Assembly: GCA_035291645.1 (NCBI GenBank)
Contig: DATDRQ010000077.1
Location: 1 to 57,477, forward strand
From: Anaerolineales bacterium
GTDB lineage: Bacteria; Chloroflexota; Anaerolineae; Anaerolineales; UBA4823
DNA: 57,477 nt
Direction of reading: 5' to 3'
This document shows positions 1-9,523 of the stretch, piece after piece. The first letter of the stretch is position 1. Each line of letters starts with the position of its first letter. The notes below the pieces were generated by a model, which was not told the origin of the DNA, made no database searches, and saw only the letters and a program-made list of their open reading frames with translations. The position numbers and the translations under genes were made by a program.

Positions 1-708
<708 letters not shown>

Positions 709-742
709 CCTTAAGATCTCTGAAAGCTGATAGCTGAAAACC

Positions 743-1192
743 ATGCCAATCCGATGTGAGATCGTCTCGCAAGACCGAATGGTTTGGGAAGGGGACGCCG
801 ATATCGTCATCGTCCCCGGGACGGCGGGCGAGCTGGGTATCCTCCCCAACCATGCCCCGCTGCTTACAACGTTAAAGTTTGGCATCCTCAAGGTGCGCGC
901 CAAGGGCCAGGAGGAACTCTTTACCGTGGCGGGCGGGCTGGTCGAGGTGCAGCCGGACCTGATCACCGTGTTGGCGGACAGCGCCGAGAACGTCCTAGAG
1001 ATCGACGTGGCGCGCGCCGAAGCTGCCCGCAAGCGCGCGGAAGACCTGCTGCGACAGGGCGTTCCTCCGGACAGCGATATATACCTGCGCATGGAGGCAG
1101 CCCTGAAGCGCTCCAACCTGCGCATCGAAGCCGTCCGCCGCTACCGCGGGGGCGGGACGCGTTTCCCAGGCAGCTCGGTGGAACCGGATTAA
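743..1192 (+). CDS. atpC: F1 ATP synthase epsilon subunit
   Basis: 149 aa. The N-terminal pattern VIVPGTAGELGILPNHAPLLTTL is typical of epsilon. Starts 34 nt after atpD. Confidence 0.9.
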   Translation: MPIRCEIVSQDRMVWEGDADIVIVPGTAGELGILPNHAPLLTTLKFGILKVRAKGQEELFTVAGGLVEVQPDLITVLADSAENVLEIDVARAEAARKRAEDLLRQGVPPDSDIYLRMEAALKRSNLRIEAVRRYRGGGTRFPGSSVEPD

Positions 1193-1195
1193 ACC

Positions 1196-2209
1196 ATGGC
1201 TCTCTTCTCGAAGGACCTGGGCGTCGACCTGGGCACAATATGTACGCGTATCGCTGTTGGCGACAACCTGGTATTGGAAGAACCGACCATGGTTGCCATC
1301 GCCGTCTACGAGCAGAAGATCGTCTCTATCGGGCAGGAGGCGTTGGAGATGTACGGGCGGGTACCCGAGTCGATCGAAGTCACCCGCCCGATGCACAACG
1401 GAGTTATTGCAGATTACGAGATCACCGAGAAACTGTTGGAGTACCTGATTCACAAGGTCAGCGGACCGATGCGTTTCTTTCGCCCGCACGTCATGGTGAC
1501 CGTGCCGTATGGCGTGACGAGTGTGGAGAGCCGTGCGGTGCACGAAGCTTCGCTGCAGGCCGGGACGCGCGAGGCCTACCTGGTCCAGCAGCCGTTGGCT
1601 GCGGCGTTAGGTATGGACCTGCCGATCGGCACGCCGTCTGGTAACATGGTGCTATGCCTGGGCGGCGGCACAACCCAGGCAGCGGTGCTCGCCATGTATG
1701 GCATCGTCGCGGCGGAGACGATGCGCGCCGGGGGAATGCAGCTGGACGAGGCGATCGTAAACTACGTCCGCAAGAAGTACGGGCTGATCATCGGGCTGCA
1801 GACGGCCGAGCAGGTAAAAATCAAGATCGGAGCGGCTTTACCGCAGGACGAAGAGGCAGTCCTGGAGATCCAGGCCCAGGACCAGGTGAGCGGGCTACCC
1901 AAGCCGATTACTTTAACCAACGACGACGTCACCGAGGCGCTGCGCGAGCCGCTTCACGACGTGGTCGAAACAGCCCGGCGGGTGCTGGAGAAGACCCCCC
2001 CCGAGCTGGTGTCGGATATCATCGACCGGGGCATCGCCATCTGTGGGGGCGGGTCGCAGCTGCGCGGCATCGACCGGCTGCTGACCAAGGAGCTGGGTGT
2101 GCCCGCCTATAACGTGGACAATGCACTGACCTGCGTAGCTCAGGGGGCTGCCCTGGCGCTCGACCCGAACATCTACCCCAAGATCAAACGCAACCTGCCT
2201 CCGGTGTAA
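1196..2209 (+). CDS. mreB: Rod-shape actin homologue MreB
   Basis: 337 aa with actin-fold motifs GVDLGTICT, LGGGTTQAAV and ICGGGSQLRGI. The ATG lies 3 nt after the atpC stop. Confidence 0.93.
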   Translation: MALFSKDLGVDLGTICTRIAVGDNLVLEEPTMVAIAVYEQKIVSIGQEALEMYGRVPESIEVTRPMHNGVIADYEITEKLLEYLIHKVSGPMRFFRPHVMVTVPYGVTSVESRAVHEASLQAGTREAYLVQQPLAAALGMDLPIGTPSGNMVLCLGGGTTQAAVLAMYGIVAAETMRAGGMQLDEAIVNYVRKKYGLIIGLQTAEQVKIKIGAALPQDEEAVLEIQAQDQVSGLPKPITLTNDDVTEALREPLHDVVETARRVLEKTPPELVSDIIDRGIAICGGGSQLRGIDRLLTKELGVPAYNVDNALTCVAQGAALALDPNIYPKIKRNLPPV

Positions 2210-2212
2210 GTA

Positions 2213-2405
2213 TTTAACGCAAGGACGCAAACGCAAAATAAAGCGCAAGGATTTAAAAATGCTTCTCAGATGGTGGGGATAATTCTTGAACGAGAACGAA
2301 CTGAGTAAAATACTCGTTGAGGCGGCGATAGAAGTGCACCGCGAAAGGGTAGAAAGAAAAAAACTTAGCGCCTTTCTCTTCTTTCTCCTGCGCCTTTGCG
2401 TTAAA
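2213..2405. repeat. ~190-bp intergenic element bounded by imperfect inverted repeats
   Basis: Left arm TTTAACGCAAGGACGC (2213-2228). The reverse complement of the right arm (2390-2405) is TTTAACGCAAAGGCGC. 14 of 16 positions match by hand count. The interior carries a truncated GxxExxY-like reading frame. Confidence 0.4.
2286..2345 (+). pseudogene. Relic of the N-terminus of a GxxExxY-family (PD-(D/E)XK-like) protein
   Basis: TTG-NENELSKILVEAAIEVHRE matches the usual start of GxxExxY proteins. The expected LGPGLLE..Y core is missing and the frame runs into low-complexity sequence. Confidence 0.35.
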
Positions 2406-2410
2406 TCCCT

Positions 2411-3028
2411 TTATAAATAATAAGTCATGCGCTGCAAGTGGATGACCGGGTCGATATACTGCACCTGGACATCTTCCGGCACGCTCAGGCTGGTGGGGGC
2501 GTAGTTCAGGATCGCCCGCACGCCGGCCTTCACCAGACTGTCCGCCACCGCCTGCGCTTCTGCGCCAGGGGTGGCGATCATGGCGACCTGCATCCCGACC
2601 TTGCGGAGTACTTCTTCAATCTCTGCACTGTCTTGGACGGTGAATGGGCCGACCTTCGCCCCAACCTTGGCGGGATTGTTGTCGAAGACCATCGTCACGC
2701 GGAAACCGCGGTTGGCGAACCCCTGGTAGCGGGCCACTGCGGAGCCGATATCCCCGGCGCCGACCACAGCGATATCCCACACCCGGTCGACTTTCAAGAT
2801 CTGCTGGATCTGATTGGCAAGGTACTCGATCGAATATCCCGTGCCTTGCTTGCCGAACTCGCCGAACTGTGAGAGGTCCTTGCGTATCTGAGCAGCCGAG
2901 ATGCCTAGTCGCTCACCCAGCTCCTGCGAGGAGGTGACCCGGCGTCCCTCTGCGAGCATGCTTTGAAGGGCGCGCAGGTAAATAGGCAGCCGCCCGACGA
3001 TGATATCCGGGATAACCTTGGTGTCCAT
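2411..3028 (-). CDS. rex: Redox-sensing transcriptional repressor Rex
   Basis: 205 aa. Winged-helix part RLPIYLRAL..SSQELGERLGISAAQIRKDLSQFGEFGKQGTGY, plus Rossmann motif VVGAGDIGSAV. Confidence 0.9.
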   Translation of the reverse strand: MDTKVIPDIIVGRLPIYLRALQSMLAEGRRVTSSQELGERLGISAAQIRKDLSQFGEFGKQGTGYSIEYLANQIQQILKVDRVWDIAVVGAGDIGSAVARYQGFANRGFRVTMVFDNNPAKVGAKVGPFTVQDSAEIEEVLRKVGMQVAMIATPGAEAQAVADSLVKAGVRAILNYAPTSLSVPEDVQVQYIDPVIHLQRMTYYL

Positions 3029-3246
3029 CCGTTTCCTCCGTAAAACTTATGCGACCCCAGAGAACGAGTGAATTTAACCACAAGTTCACAAATTGTGCAA
3101 ACCCCCACAAGGAGGAAACAATCCCATGCAATTAGCCTAAAGCCATCGGTGGAGCGGAGAAGGGCCTCAGGGCAGGATGGTATAATCCTTCAGGGGACAA
3201 GCGCGGCCAGCCAGGAAACCGAACCGGATCAAGAGCGGATTTTTCC

Positions 3247-4515
3247 ATGTTCATCGATGAAACGCAAATCCAGGTTAGCTCCGGGAGGGGCGGGGACGGC
3301 GTCGTACACTTCCGGCGGGAGAAGTACGTTCCTTTCGGCGGCCCGGATGGGGGTGACGGCGGGCGCGGTGGGGACGTGATCTTAGAGGTCAGGCCCACCC
3401 TGAACACCCTGTCGTCTTTCCAGCACCGCCGGAAATACAAGGCCGAAGACGGGCGGTCCGGAGGCGGCAAAGACATGACCGGGCGATCCGGACCGGATCT
3501 GGTCATCCCGGTGCCGCCTGGCACGGTGGTCTCCGATTCCCGCAGCGGCGAGGTGCTCGGCGACCTGGTAAATCCTGGTGAGCGGCTGGTGGTGTGCCAG
3601 GGAGGCCGCGGCGGGCGCGGCAACTCCCGATTCGCCACTTCGCGCAACCAGGCGCCGCGCATCGCAGAACACGGTGCGCCGGCCCAGGAGAGAGAATTGA
3701 AGCTGGAGCTGCGCCTGGTCGCAGATGTCGGCATCGTCGGCGCCCCCAACGCCGGTAAATCGACCCTGCTGGCAGCCCTGACAAACGCTCAACCGAAGAT
3801 CGCTGCCTATCCCTTCACCACCCTGGAGCCAAACCTGGGGGTAGCCATTCTGGACGAGGATACCAGCCTGGTGCTGGCGGACATTCCCGGTCTGATCGAG
3901 GGCGCTCACTCAGGCGTCGGCCTGGGGGACGCCTTCCTGCGCCACATCCAGCGCACGCGGGTGCTGATCCACCTGCTGGATGGGACGGCGGAGGACCCGC
4001 TACTGGATTACGCCCAGATCAACAGCGAGCTGGCTCTGTTCGACCCGGATCTGGGGAGGAAACCGCAGCTGGTAGCGTTGAACAAGATTGATCAGCCTGA
4101 GGTCAAGGAGCGCTGGCCGCGCCTGGAAGCAGAATTCCGTGAGCGGCTCGGAGCGAACGGTCGCCCGCTGGCAATTTCAGCCCTGGCGCGCACCAACCTG
4201 ACCGAGCTGCTGCAGCGTGCTGCCCGGCTGCTGGCGGAGGCGCCCCTTCCGGCCCCGCCGGGCGAGCTGCCTGTCTACCGGGCCGAGAGCGACCCACGCG
4301 CCTTCGAGATCGAGCGCGAATCCAAGGGCTGGCGGGTGCGCGGCGCGGCGATCGAGCGCGCCGCCGCCATGACCTATTGGGAGTACGACCAGTCGATCCG
4401 CCGCTTCCAGCGTATCCTGCAGACCCTGGGGATCGATAAAGCATTGCGCAAGGCCGGCGTCCTGGAGGGCGATATGGTCTTCATCGGCGAGTACGAGCTG
4501 GAGTGGCAGGATTAA
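3247..4515 (+). CDS. obg: GTPase Obg/CgtA
   Basis: 422 aa. Glycine-rich Obg fold (GGDGGRGGDV), G1 GAPNAGKST, G3 DIPGLIEGA, G4 NKID. Confidence 0.95.
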   Translation: MFIDETQIQVSSGRGGDGVVHFRREKYVPFGGPDGGDGGRGGDVILEVRPTLNTLSSFQHRRKYKAEDGRSGGGKDMTGRSGPDLVIPVPPGTVVSDSRSGEVLGDLVNPGERLVVCQGGRGGRGNSRFATSRNQAPRIAEHGAPAQERELKLELRLVADVGIVGAPNAGKSTLLAALTNAQPKIAAYPFTTLEPNLGVAILDEDTSLVLADIPGLIEGAHSGVGLGDAFLRHIQRTRVLIHLLDGTAEDPLLDYAQINSELALFDPDLGRKPQLVALNKIDQPEVKERWPRLEAEFRERLGANGRPLAISALARTNLTELLQRAARLLAEAPLPAPPGELPVYRAESDPRAFEIERESKGWRVRGAAIERAAAMTYWEYDQSIRRFQRILQTLGIDKALRKAGVLEGDMVFIGEYELEWQD

Positions 4516-4534
4516 TAGGGCGAGGAATTACACC

Positions 4535-5158
4535 TTGGCGATCAGGCTTGGCATCTTCGGCGGCACCTTCGACCCACCCCACCTGGCGCACCTGATCCTG
4601 GCGGGAGAGGCTGCCTACCAGCTCAGGCTGGACCGGGTGCTATGGGTGCTCACAGCGGACCCGCCCCATAAGGAGAACCTGGTCGTCTCGCCGTGGGAGC
4701 AACGCCAGGCGCTTGTCCAGGCAGCCATCAAAGAGGACCCGATCTTCGAGCTCTCCCGGGTGGACCTGGACCGGCCCCCACCGCATTTCGCCTTCGAGAC
4801 GGTGCGACTGCTCCACGCCCGGCACCCTGGAGCGACCCTGATCTATCTGATGGGCGGCGACTCGCTGCACGATCTGCCAACCTGGAAACTGCCAGACGTG
4901 TTTATCTCCGAGAGCGACACGATCGGGGTCATGCGCCGGCCCGGCGATATGCTCAACCTGGATGCTCTGGAACGACAGCTTCCCGGATTAACCGAAAAGG
5001 TGGTCTTCATGGATGCCCCGCTGGTCGCCATTTCCGCCAGCGATATCCGCCGAAGGGTCGCAAATGGGGAACCGGTGCGCTATTTTCTCCCCCCAGCGGT
5101 CTACCAGCTGATCATCCGTCAGGGCTGGTACGGCTACCGGGGAGTAAACCTGATATAG
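4535..5158 (+). CDS. nadD: Nicotinate-nucleotide adenylyltransferase
   Basis: 207 aa with a TTG start. FGGTFDPPHLAHL nucleotidyltransferase motif and ISASDIRRR near the C-terminus. Confidence 0.88.
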   Translation: MAIRLGIFGGTFDPPHLAHLILAGEAAYQLRLDRVLWVLTADPPHKENLVVSPWEQRQALVQAAIKEDPIFELSRVDLDRPPPHFAFETVRLLHARHPGATLIYLMGGDSLHDLPTWKLPDVFISESDTIGVMRRPGDMLNLDALERQLPGLTEKVVFMDAPLVAISASDIRRRVANGEPVRYFLPPAVYQLIIRQGWYGYRGVNLI

Positions 5159-5178
5159 GTGGGGGAAAATCTGGCCTG

Positions 5179-6381
5179 ATGCGCCTGCAGCTGCCCCGCT
5201 CTTCAATTTCTAACCTGCTGCCGGCGGCCTTGTTGGGCGACCGGTTGTTTGCAACGGTCTCGGTTGCGCACCTGGCGGTGGATGTGCTCAACGGGATGCG
5301 GGCTATCCTGCTGACCTTTCTGAGCGGGCCGCTTGGCCTGAGCAACATCGCCCTGAGCCTGGTCAGCACGGTGTACGTCTCCTGCGCGGCGATCGCCCAG
5401 CCTTTATTTGGGCACCTCGCCGACCGCCTGGGACCGCGCTGGCTGGTAGCCGGGGGTGTGCTTTGGATGGGAGCGTTCTTCTCGCTGGCGGTGGTCGTCC
5501 CTGGCCCTCTCAGCCTGGTATTGCTGGTGATCGCCAGCCTGGGTTCAGGCGCCTTCCACCCGGCCGGGGCGATGGAGGCCACGCTGCGCGGGCAGGAGCG
5601 CTATTCCGGGCGGGAGACGACCTCCGCCGCCTACTTCTTCCTGTTCGGGCAAATGGGGGCTTTTTTCGGACCGCTGCTGGCAGGTCCGCTGTTGAACCGC
5701 TATGGCACCTGGGGGCTGCTTATATTGACGGTCCCCGTGTTGCTGGTCGGTCTCAACGCCGCCGGGCAGGACTACGGCTCGCTGGTCTCCTTTCCGAAGG
5801 TCCAGCAACCCGCCCGGCAGGCGTACCGGTCATTCCCGCGGCTGCGGGTGGGGTTGGTGGCATTTGCGTCGGTGGCGGCGTTCCAGTCCTGGGCGCAGCA
5901 GAACATGGTCACCTTCGTGCCGAAGTACCTGAGCGACCTGGGCTACTCGCCGGTCGTTTACGGCCTGGTCGCAGCGCTGTTCATGGGTGGAACGGCTTTG
6001 GGGAATCTGTTCGGAGGCTACCTGGCGGACCGCTTCGGAAAACGCAGGGTGGCCTCCTGGACACTGATGGCGGCAAGCCTGCCGCTCGCCCTGATCCCCG
6101 GCACGGCCTGGATTGGCTGGTTAATCCTGCTGGTTCCACTCTCCGGACTGCTCACCGGGGCGGTGCATAGCATCCTGGTCGTTCTGGCGCAGCGCCGCCT
6201 GCCGGGCGGGATGGCGCTGGCTTCCGGTTTGATCCTGGGCTACATGTTCACCAGCGGCGCACTCGGCACGCTCCTGACCGGCTACCTGGCGGATTTGCAC
6301 GGCTTGCCGGTAGTCTTCTACCTGAGCGCTGCCCTGGTATTGGCGGCGGCTGGGCTGACCCGCTATATTCCGAAAGGATGA
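5179..6381 (+). CDS. MFS transporter (Fsr-like)
   Basis: The ATG at 5179 is in frame with track ORF 4693..6381. Multiple TM helices and the motif QPLFGHLADRLGPRW. The upstream part of the ORF overlaps nadD and looks non-coding. Confidence 0.8.
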   Translation: MRLQLPRSSISNLLPAALLGDRLFATVSVAHLAVDVLNGMRAILLTFLSGPLGLSNIALSLVSTVYVSCAAIAQPLFGHLADRLGPRWLVAGGVLWMGAFFSLAVVVPGPLSLVLLVIASLGSGAFHPAGAMEATLRGQERYSGRETTSAAYFFLFGQMGAFFGPLLAGPLLNRYGTWGLLILTVPVLLVGLNAAGQDYGSLVSFPKVQQPARQAYRSFPRLRVGLVAFASVAAFQSWAQQNMVTFVPKYLSDLGYSPVVYGLVAALFMGGTALGNLFGGYLADRFGKRRVASWTLMAASLPLALIPGTAWIGWLILLVPLSGLLTGAVHSILVVLAQRRLPGGMALASGLILGYMFTSGALGTLLTGYLADLHGLPVVFYLSAALVLAAAGLTRYIPKG

Positions 6382-6414
6382 CCTTCCGAAAGGAAGACCT
6401 TGATAATAAACCAA

Positions 6415-7440
6415 TCAGTCCGGGACTCCGGCGAGCGGGTCGGGGGCGCCCAGCTCGAGCTCGCTCAGGCCCAGGGTGCGTCCCATTTGCTCCGTGCTGC
6501 GGTCGATGCCGAACTCGACCCACAGCGGGAAGTGGTCGGACACGCGGTAGGACATCAGGAAACTGCTCAAATCCTTGAAGACCGCCCCGGAGAAGTCCAC
6601 GCTGCCGGCTTTTTCTGTGTACTTCAAGTTGAAGCTTTCATCCATGAACCAGCCGATCTGGTCGTAGTAACGCGCCTCGGTATTGTACGTACTCTTGACG
6701 CCGACCAGCTGCTGGGGGACGTTGAGCCCGGTGGAGATGAAGGCGTTGAAGAGCGGGTTGTCGTCGCGCCGGTCGATGTTGAAATCACCCAGGACGATCA
6801 GGTTGCGCTCTTCGGCGCCCGGCGCGGTCGCCCGGTCGCGAATCTCACGGGCGGTGTACTCCGCTAAGGCGATCAGCTCCGGCAGGCGCTCCGCCGGGAG
6901 GGCGCCATAACGGATGTGCGCGGTGAGTAAAGTGAAGCGCTCGGTTCCGGCGCGAAAACCGACGATGTAGGGGGTGCGATCGAACTGTTCCTGTGGATCT
7001 CCCTGCGCGGTGGGAGGCAGGACGATCTCGCCTGCCAGCCCGGAAGGCAGCACCCGGCGCCGGTCGTACAGGAAGCCCAGCCGCTCGGTATTGCCGCGCT
7101 CCCCGGCGGAGACGTCGCTCAGCATCAGCCCCCAATCCGGGCCGAGGAATTCGTCCACCAGCAGGCGGATGCCGCTGGTATCCGCGCGCACCTCCTGCAC
7201 CGCCACGACGTCGAAGCGGCGGATGATCTCCGCCAGGATGGCGACCCCCCGCAGGTTGCGCTTGGGCGAACCCGGGTTTTCCGACCACTGTTCGTAGACC
7301 GGCCCGAAGGCGCGGATGTTCCAGGTACCGATCAACAGGTTGGCGTCGCCGGTTTTTGGCGGCAGCCCGCAGGACGCCAGCCGGCGGCGCACCCTGGCGA
7401 TGTCTTCCACGACGAAAGCGGGGTAATCAGCATAGTTCAT
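6415..7440 (-). CDS. Endonuclease/exonuclease/phosphatase (EEP, DNase I-like) family protein
   Basis: 341 aa. Motifs LLIGTWNIRAFG, DVVAVQEV, LGDFN and the C-terminal SDHFPLWVEF are typical of the EEP fold. Confidence 0.8.
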   Translation of the reverse strand: MNYADYPAFVVEDIARVRRRLASCGLPPKTGDANLLIGTWNIRAFGPVYEQWSENPGSPKRNLRGVAILAEIIRRFDVVAVQEVRADTSGIRLLVDEFLGPDWGLMLSDVSAGERGNTERLGFLYDRRRVLPSGLAGEIVLPPTAQGDPQEQFDRTPYIVGFRAGTERFTLLTAHIRYGALPAERLPELIALAEYTAREIRDRATAPGAEERNLIVLGDFNIDRRDDNPLFNAFISTGLNVPQQLVGVKSTYNTEARYYDQIGWFMDESFNLKYTEKAGSVDFSGAVFKDLSSFLMSYRVSDHFPLWVEFGIDRSTEQMGRTLGLSELELGAPDPLAGVPD

Positions 7441-7649
7441 CGGGTATATTCCTCAGCCCTGCCGGTTTCTTGAATACTATTCTCGTCACAACCAGGCAAA
7501 AGGGATGTTCATTGTTGCTATAGCAGATTTTGTGGAGTATTATAAATGAAAGCCGGTCACCAGTCCCCTCGAGGTGAAAGACAATACCCCGTAGAGTCAG
7601 GTGGCTAGAGCACAGTCGAGCAACGATCCATTCAATAAGGAGAGGAAAC

Positions 7650-7985
7650 ATGTACTACATTTCCAGTTCTCACCTGAAAGACAAAAAATCCGCCGCCTAT
7701 CAGAAGTGGCTCCTCTCGGATGAAGCGAAGAAACTTTTCGCAGAGGTCGAGAAAGAAACTGGGTTTAAATATGTTGAGACTTTTTGGCCGATCATGGGAC
7801 TCGGCGAATTCGGTTGCGAAGACTGGTGGGAAGCGCCTGATTGGTCAAGCTTTGATAAGGCGCGTGAATCCGATGCGATGGATCGACTGATGACGCGGTT
7901 TAATGAGCTGGATTTCTTCGATAACAACCGGCCCTCCGAGACCCGCGTGATGCGTTCCACGAGTGACGTCAAGATCTGGGAATAA
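7650..7985 (+). CDS. Hypothetical small protein
   Basis: 111 aa. SD AGGAGAGG lies 5 nt before the ATG. Visibly lower GC than its neighbours. I recognise no family. Confidence 0.55.
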   Translation: MYYISSSHLKDKKSAAYQKWLLSDEAKKLFAEVEKETGFKYVETFWPIMGLGEFGCEDWWEAPDWSSFDKARESDAMDRLMTRFNELDFFDNNRPSETRVMRSTSDVKIWE

Positions 7986-8073
7986 ATCACAGCGTTCCAG
8001 CCATACAAATGATAACTGTCAGGATTGACCTTGCCAGATCATCTCTGGATCTGGGTCTGTTCTGGCTGGACGA

Positions 8074-9198
8074 TCAACGGGTGGCGCGTAAATCCGGCAC
8101 GCGCAGGTAAATCAGCGCGGCAAAAGCCACCATGACCACGGCGTTCATCAAGACGGTCGTTGGCGGACCGAGGCGGGTCGCGATCTGGCCGTTGATCAAG
8201 GCGCCGATCGGCATCAGGCCGAAGAAGATCAAAGAGTACAGGCTCATCACCCGGCCGCGCAGCTCGTCGGGGACGTTCACCTGAACCAGGGCATTCCCGC
8301 TGTTCATCATCACCATGAAGCCCAACCCTGCGCCGAACAGGGTGACCATCGAGAGCGGCAGCTGGCGGGTGGTCGAGAACAGCACCAGAAACACTGGCAT
8401 GAGGAAACTACCCAGGGTGAGCATCTGCCCGCGCGAGCGCGTGCCACCCAGTGCGGCGATCCACAGCGCACCCACCAGGGCTCCCAGGCCGCGCGACGAC
8501 TGCAGCAGTCCGTTGGTGGTGGCGTCGCCTCCCAGCACGTCCACCGCCCAGGCCGGCATGAGTGTGATGAATCCCAGGGCGAACAGGCTGACCATCGCCA
8601 GGTTGAGATTGATGACGCGGATTAACGGGTGCCTCAAGGCATAATGCAGCCCCTCCTTAACTCTGCCGAAAATCGAGATGGTCTGCTGGACAGGGACGAA
8701 AGGCTTAATGCGCATGGCCAGCAGGGCGGCGATCACCGCCAGGAACGAAATCCCGTTGATGGTAAAGCACCAGGCTGGCCCAAGCGCCGCATAAGTCACC
8801 CCGGCGATGGCCGGACCGAGAACGGTGGCGATATTGAACATGGCCGAGTTGAGCGCGATAGCGTTGGTCAGGTCTTCCCGCGCCACCAGCTCGGGGACGA
8901 AAGCCAGCCGGGCCGGCGCGTCGAAAGCGTTGGCGGTGCCCAACAGGAAAGCCAATACAATGATGTGCCAGGGCTGGACCAGTCCGGAAAAGGCCAGCCC
9001 GGCCAGGATAAATGCCAGTACCATCATAGCGGTCTGGGTGATCACCAGCAGCGTGCGGCGGGACATGCGGTCGGCGGCGACCCCGCCGTATAGCATGAAG
9101 AGCCAGGATGGCAGCCCGGCTGCGAAACCGACGTATCCCAGGTAAGCCGGCGAGCGGGTCAGTTCATAGACCAGGAAACCCTGGGCGGTGATTTGCAT
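8074..9198 (-). CDS. MFS transporter (EntS/MFS_3-like); N-terminus unresolved
   Basis: 374 aa from the first ATG. The same frame stays open upstream and encodes ALRHRNYRLWFAGQLVSLFGTW, a typical TM1 of this family. There is no ATG/GTG/TTG before the in-frame stop at 9373-9375. Confidence 0.8.
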   Translation of the reverse strand: MQITAQGFLVYELTRSPAYLGYVGFAAGLPSWLFMLYGGVAADRMSRRTLLVITQTAMMVLAFILAGLAFSGLVQPWHIIVLAFLLGTANAFDAPARLAFVPELVAREDLTNAIALNSAMFNIATVLGPAIAGVTYAALGPAWCFTINGISFLAVIAALLAMRIKPFVPVQQTISIFGRVKEGLHYALRHPLIRVINLNLAMVSLFALGFITLMPAWAVDVLGGDATTNGLLQSSRGLGALVGALWIAALGGTRSRGQMLTLGSFLMPVFLVLFSTTRQLPLSMVTLFGAGLGFMVMMNSGNALVQVNVPDELRGRVMSLYSLIFFGLMPIGALINGQIATRLGPPTTVLMNAVVMVAFAALIYLRVPDLRATR

Positions 9199-9523
9199 CC
9201 AGGTGCCGAAGAGCGATACCAGTTGCCCGGCGAACCATAGCCGGTAATTGCGGTGCCGGAGGGCAGCAAAGGTCTGGTTTAGCCATGGAAAGCGCTTTCG
9301 GGAGGGTCTAACCGGCTCGATGAATGCCGCGACCGGCGGTTCTTGGGAAACGGGAGGCGTGGAAAACTCCTGTCATGCTGTGATAGTCCCCACCATTATA
9401 ATGCGTGCTTAGAGCTGACCGGAGGGAGAGTTCATTCGACTACGAAATCGTCACCGGCTGGCTGTTCTTTCTTGTAACGACGGTCTTTGAGTCCTTTGGT
9501 GTGGTCCGCAAACCGCGCCCAAC

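Noticed and set aside
1190-1198. mreB starts 3 nt after atpC, suggesting co-transcription with the ATP synthase operon, and it lacks downstream mreC/mreD.
   Set aside because: This is an unusual neighbourhood, but tight packing alone says little. There is no sequence feature here beyond adjacency.
3067-3110. A cluster of TGTGA/TCACA-like half-sites upstream of rex (GAGTGAA-N12-TTCACAA, TTCACAAATTGTGCAA, TTGTG-N8-CACAA). It suggested a Rex autoregulatory operator.
   Set aside because: None has the canonical TTGTGAA-N6-TTCACAA arrangement or spacing, so I cannot call an operator from sequence alone.
4693-5178. N-terminal extensions of track ORFs: 4693..5178 on the MFS gene, 20471..20629 on LGFP paralogue 1, 55346..55531 on the DUF4340 gene, 41257..41337 on rpoN and 49213..49242 on the TPR/PDWL gene.
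   Set aside because: The extensions overlap upstream genes or encode junk-like sequence. Internal starts with good SD motifs and proper signal peptides or family N-termini are available.
7441-8073. A lower-GC segment with the orphan 111-aa ORF, considered as a possible horizontally acquired islet.
   Set aside because: There are no flanking repeats, tRNA, integrase or other mobility signatures. The segment is short and mostly intergenic, so composition alone is insufficient.
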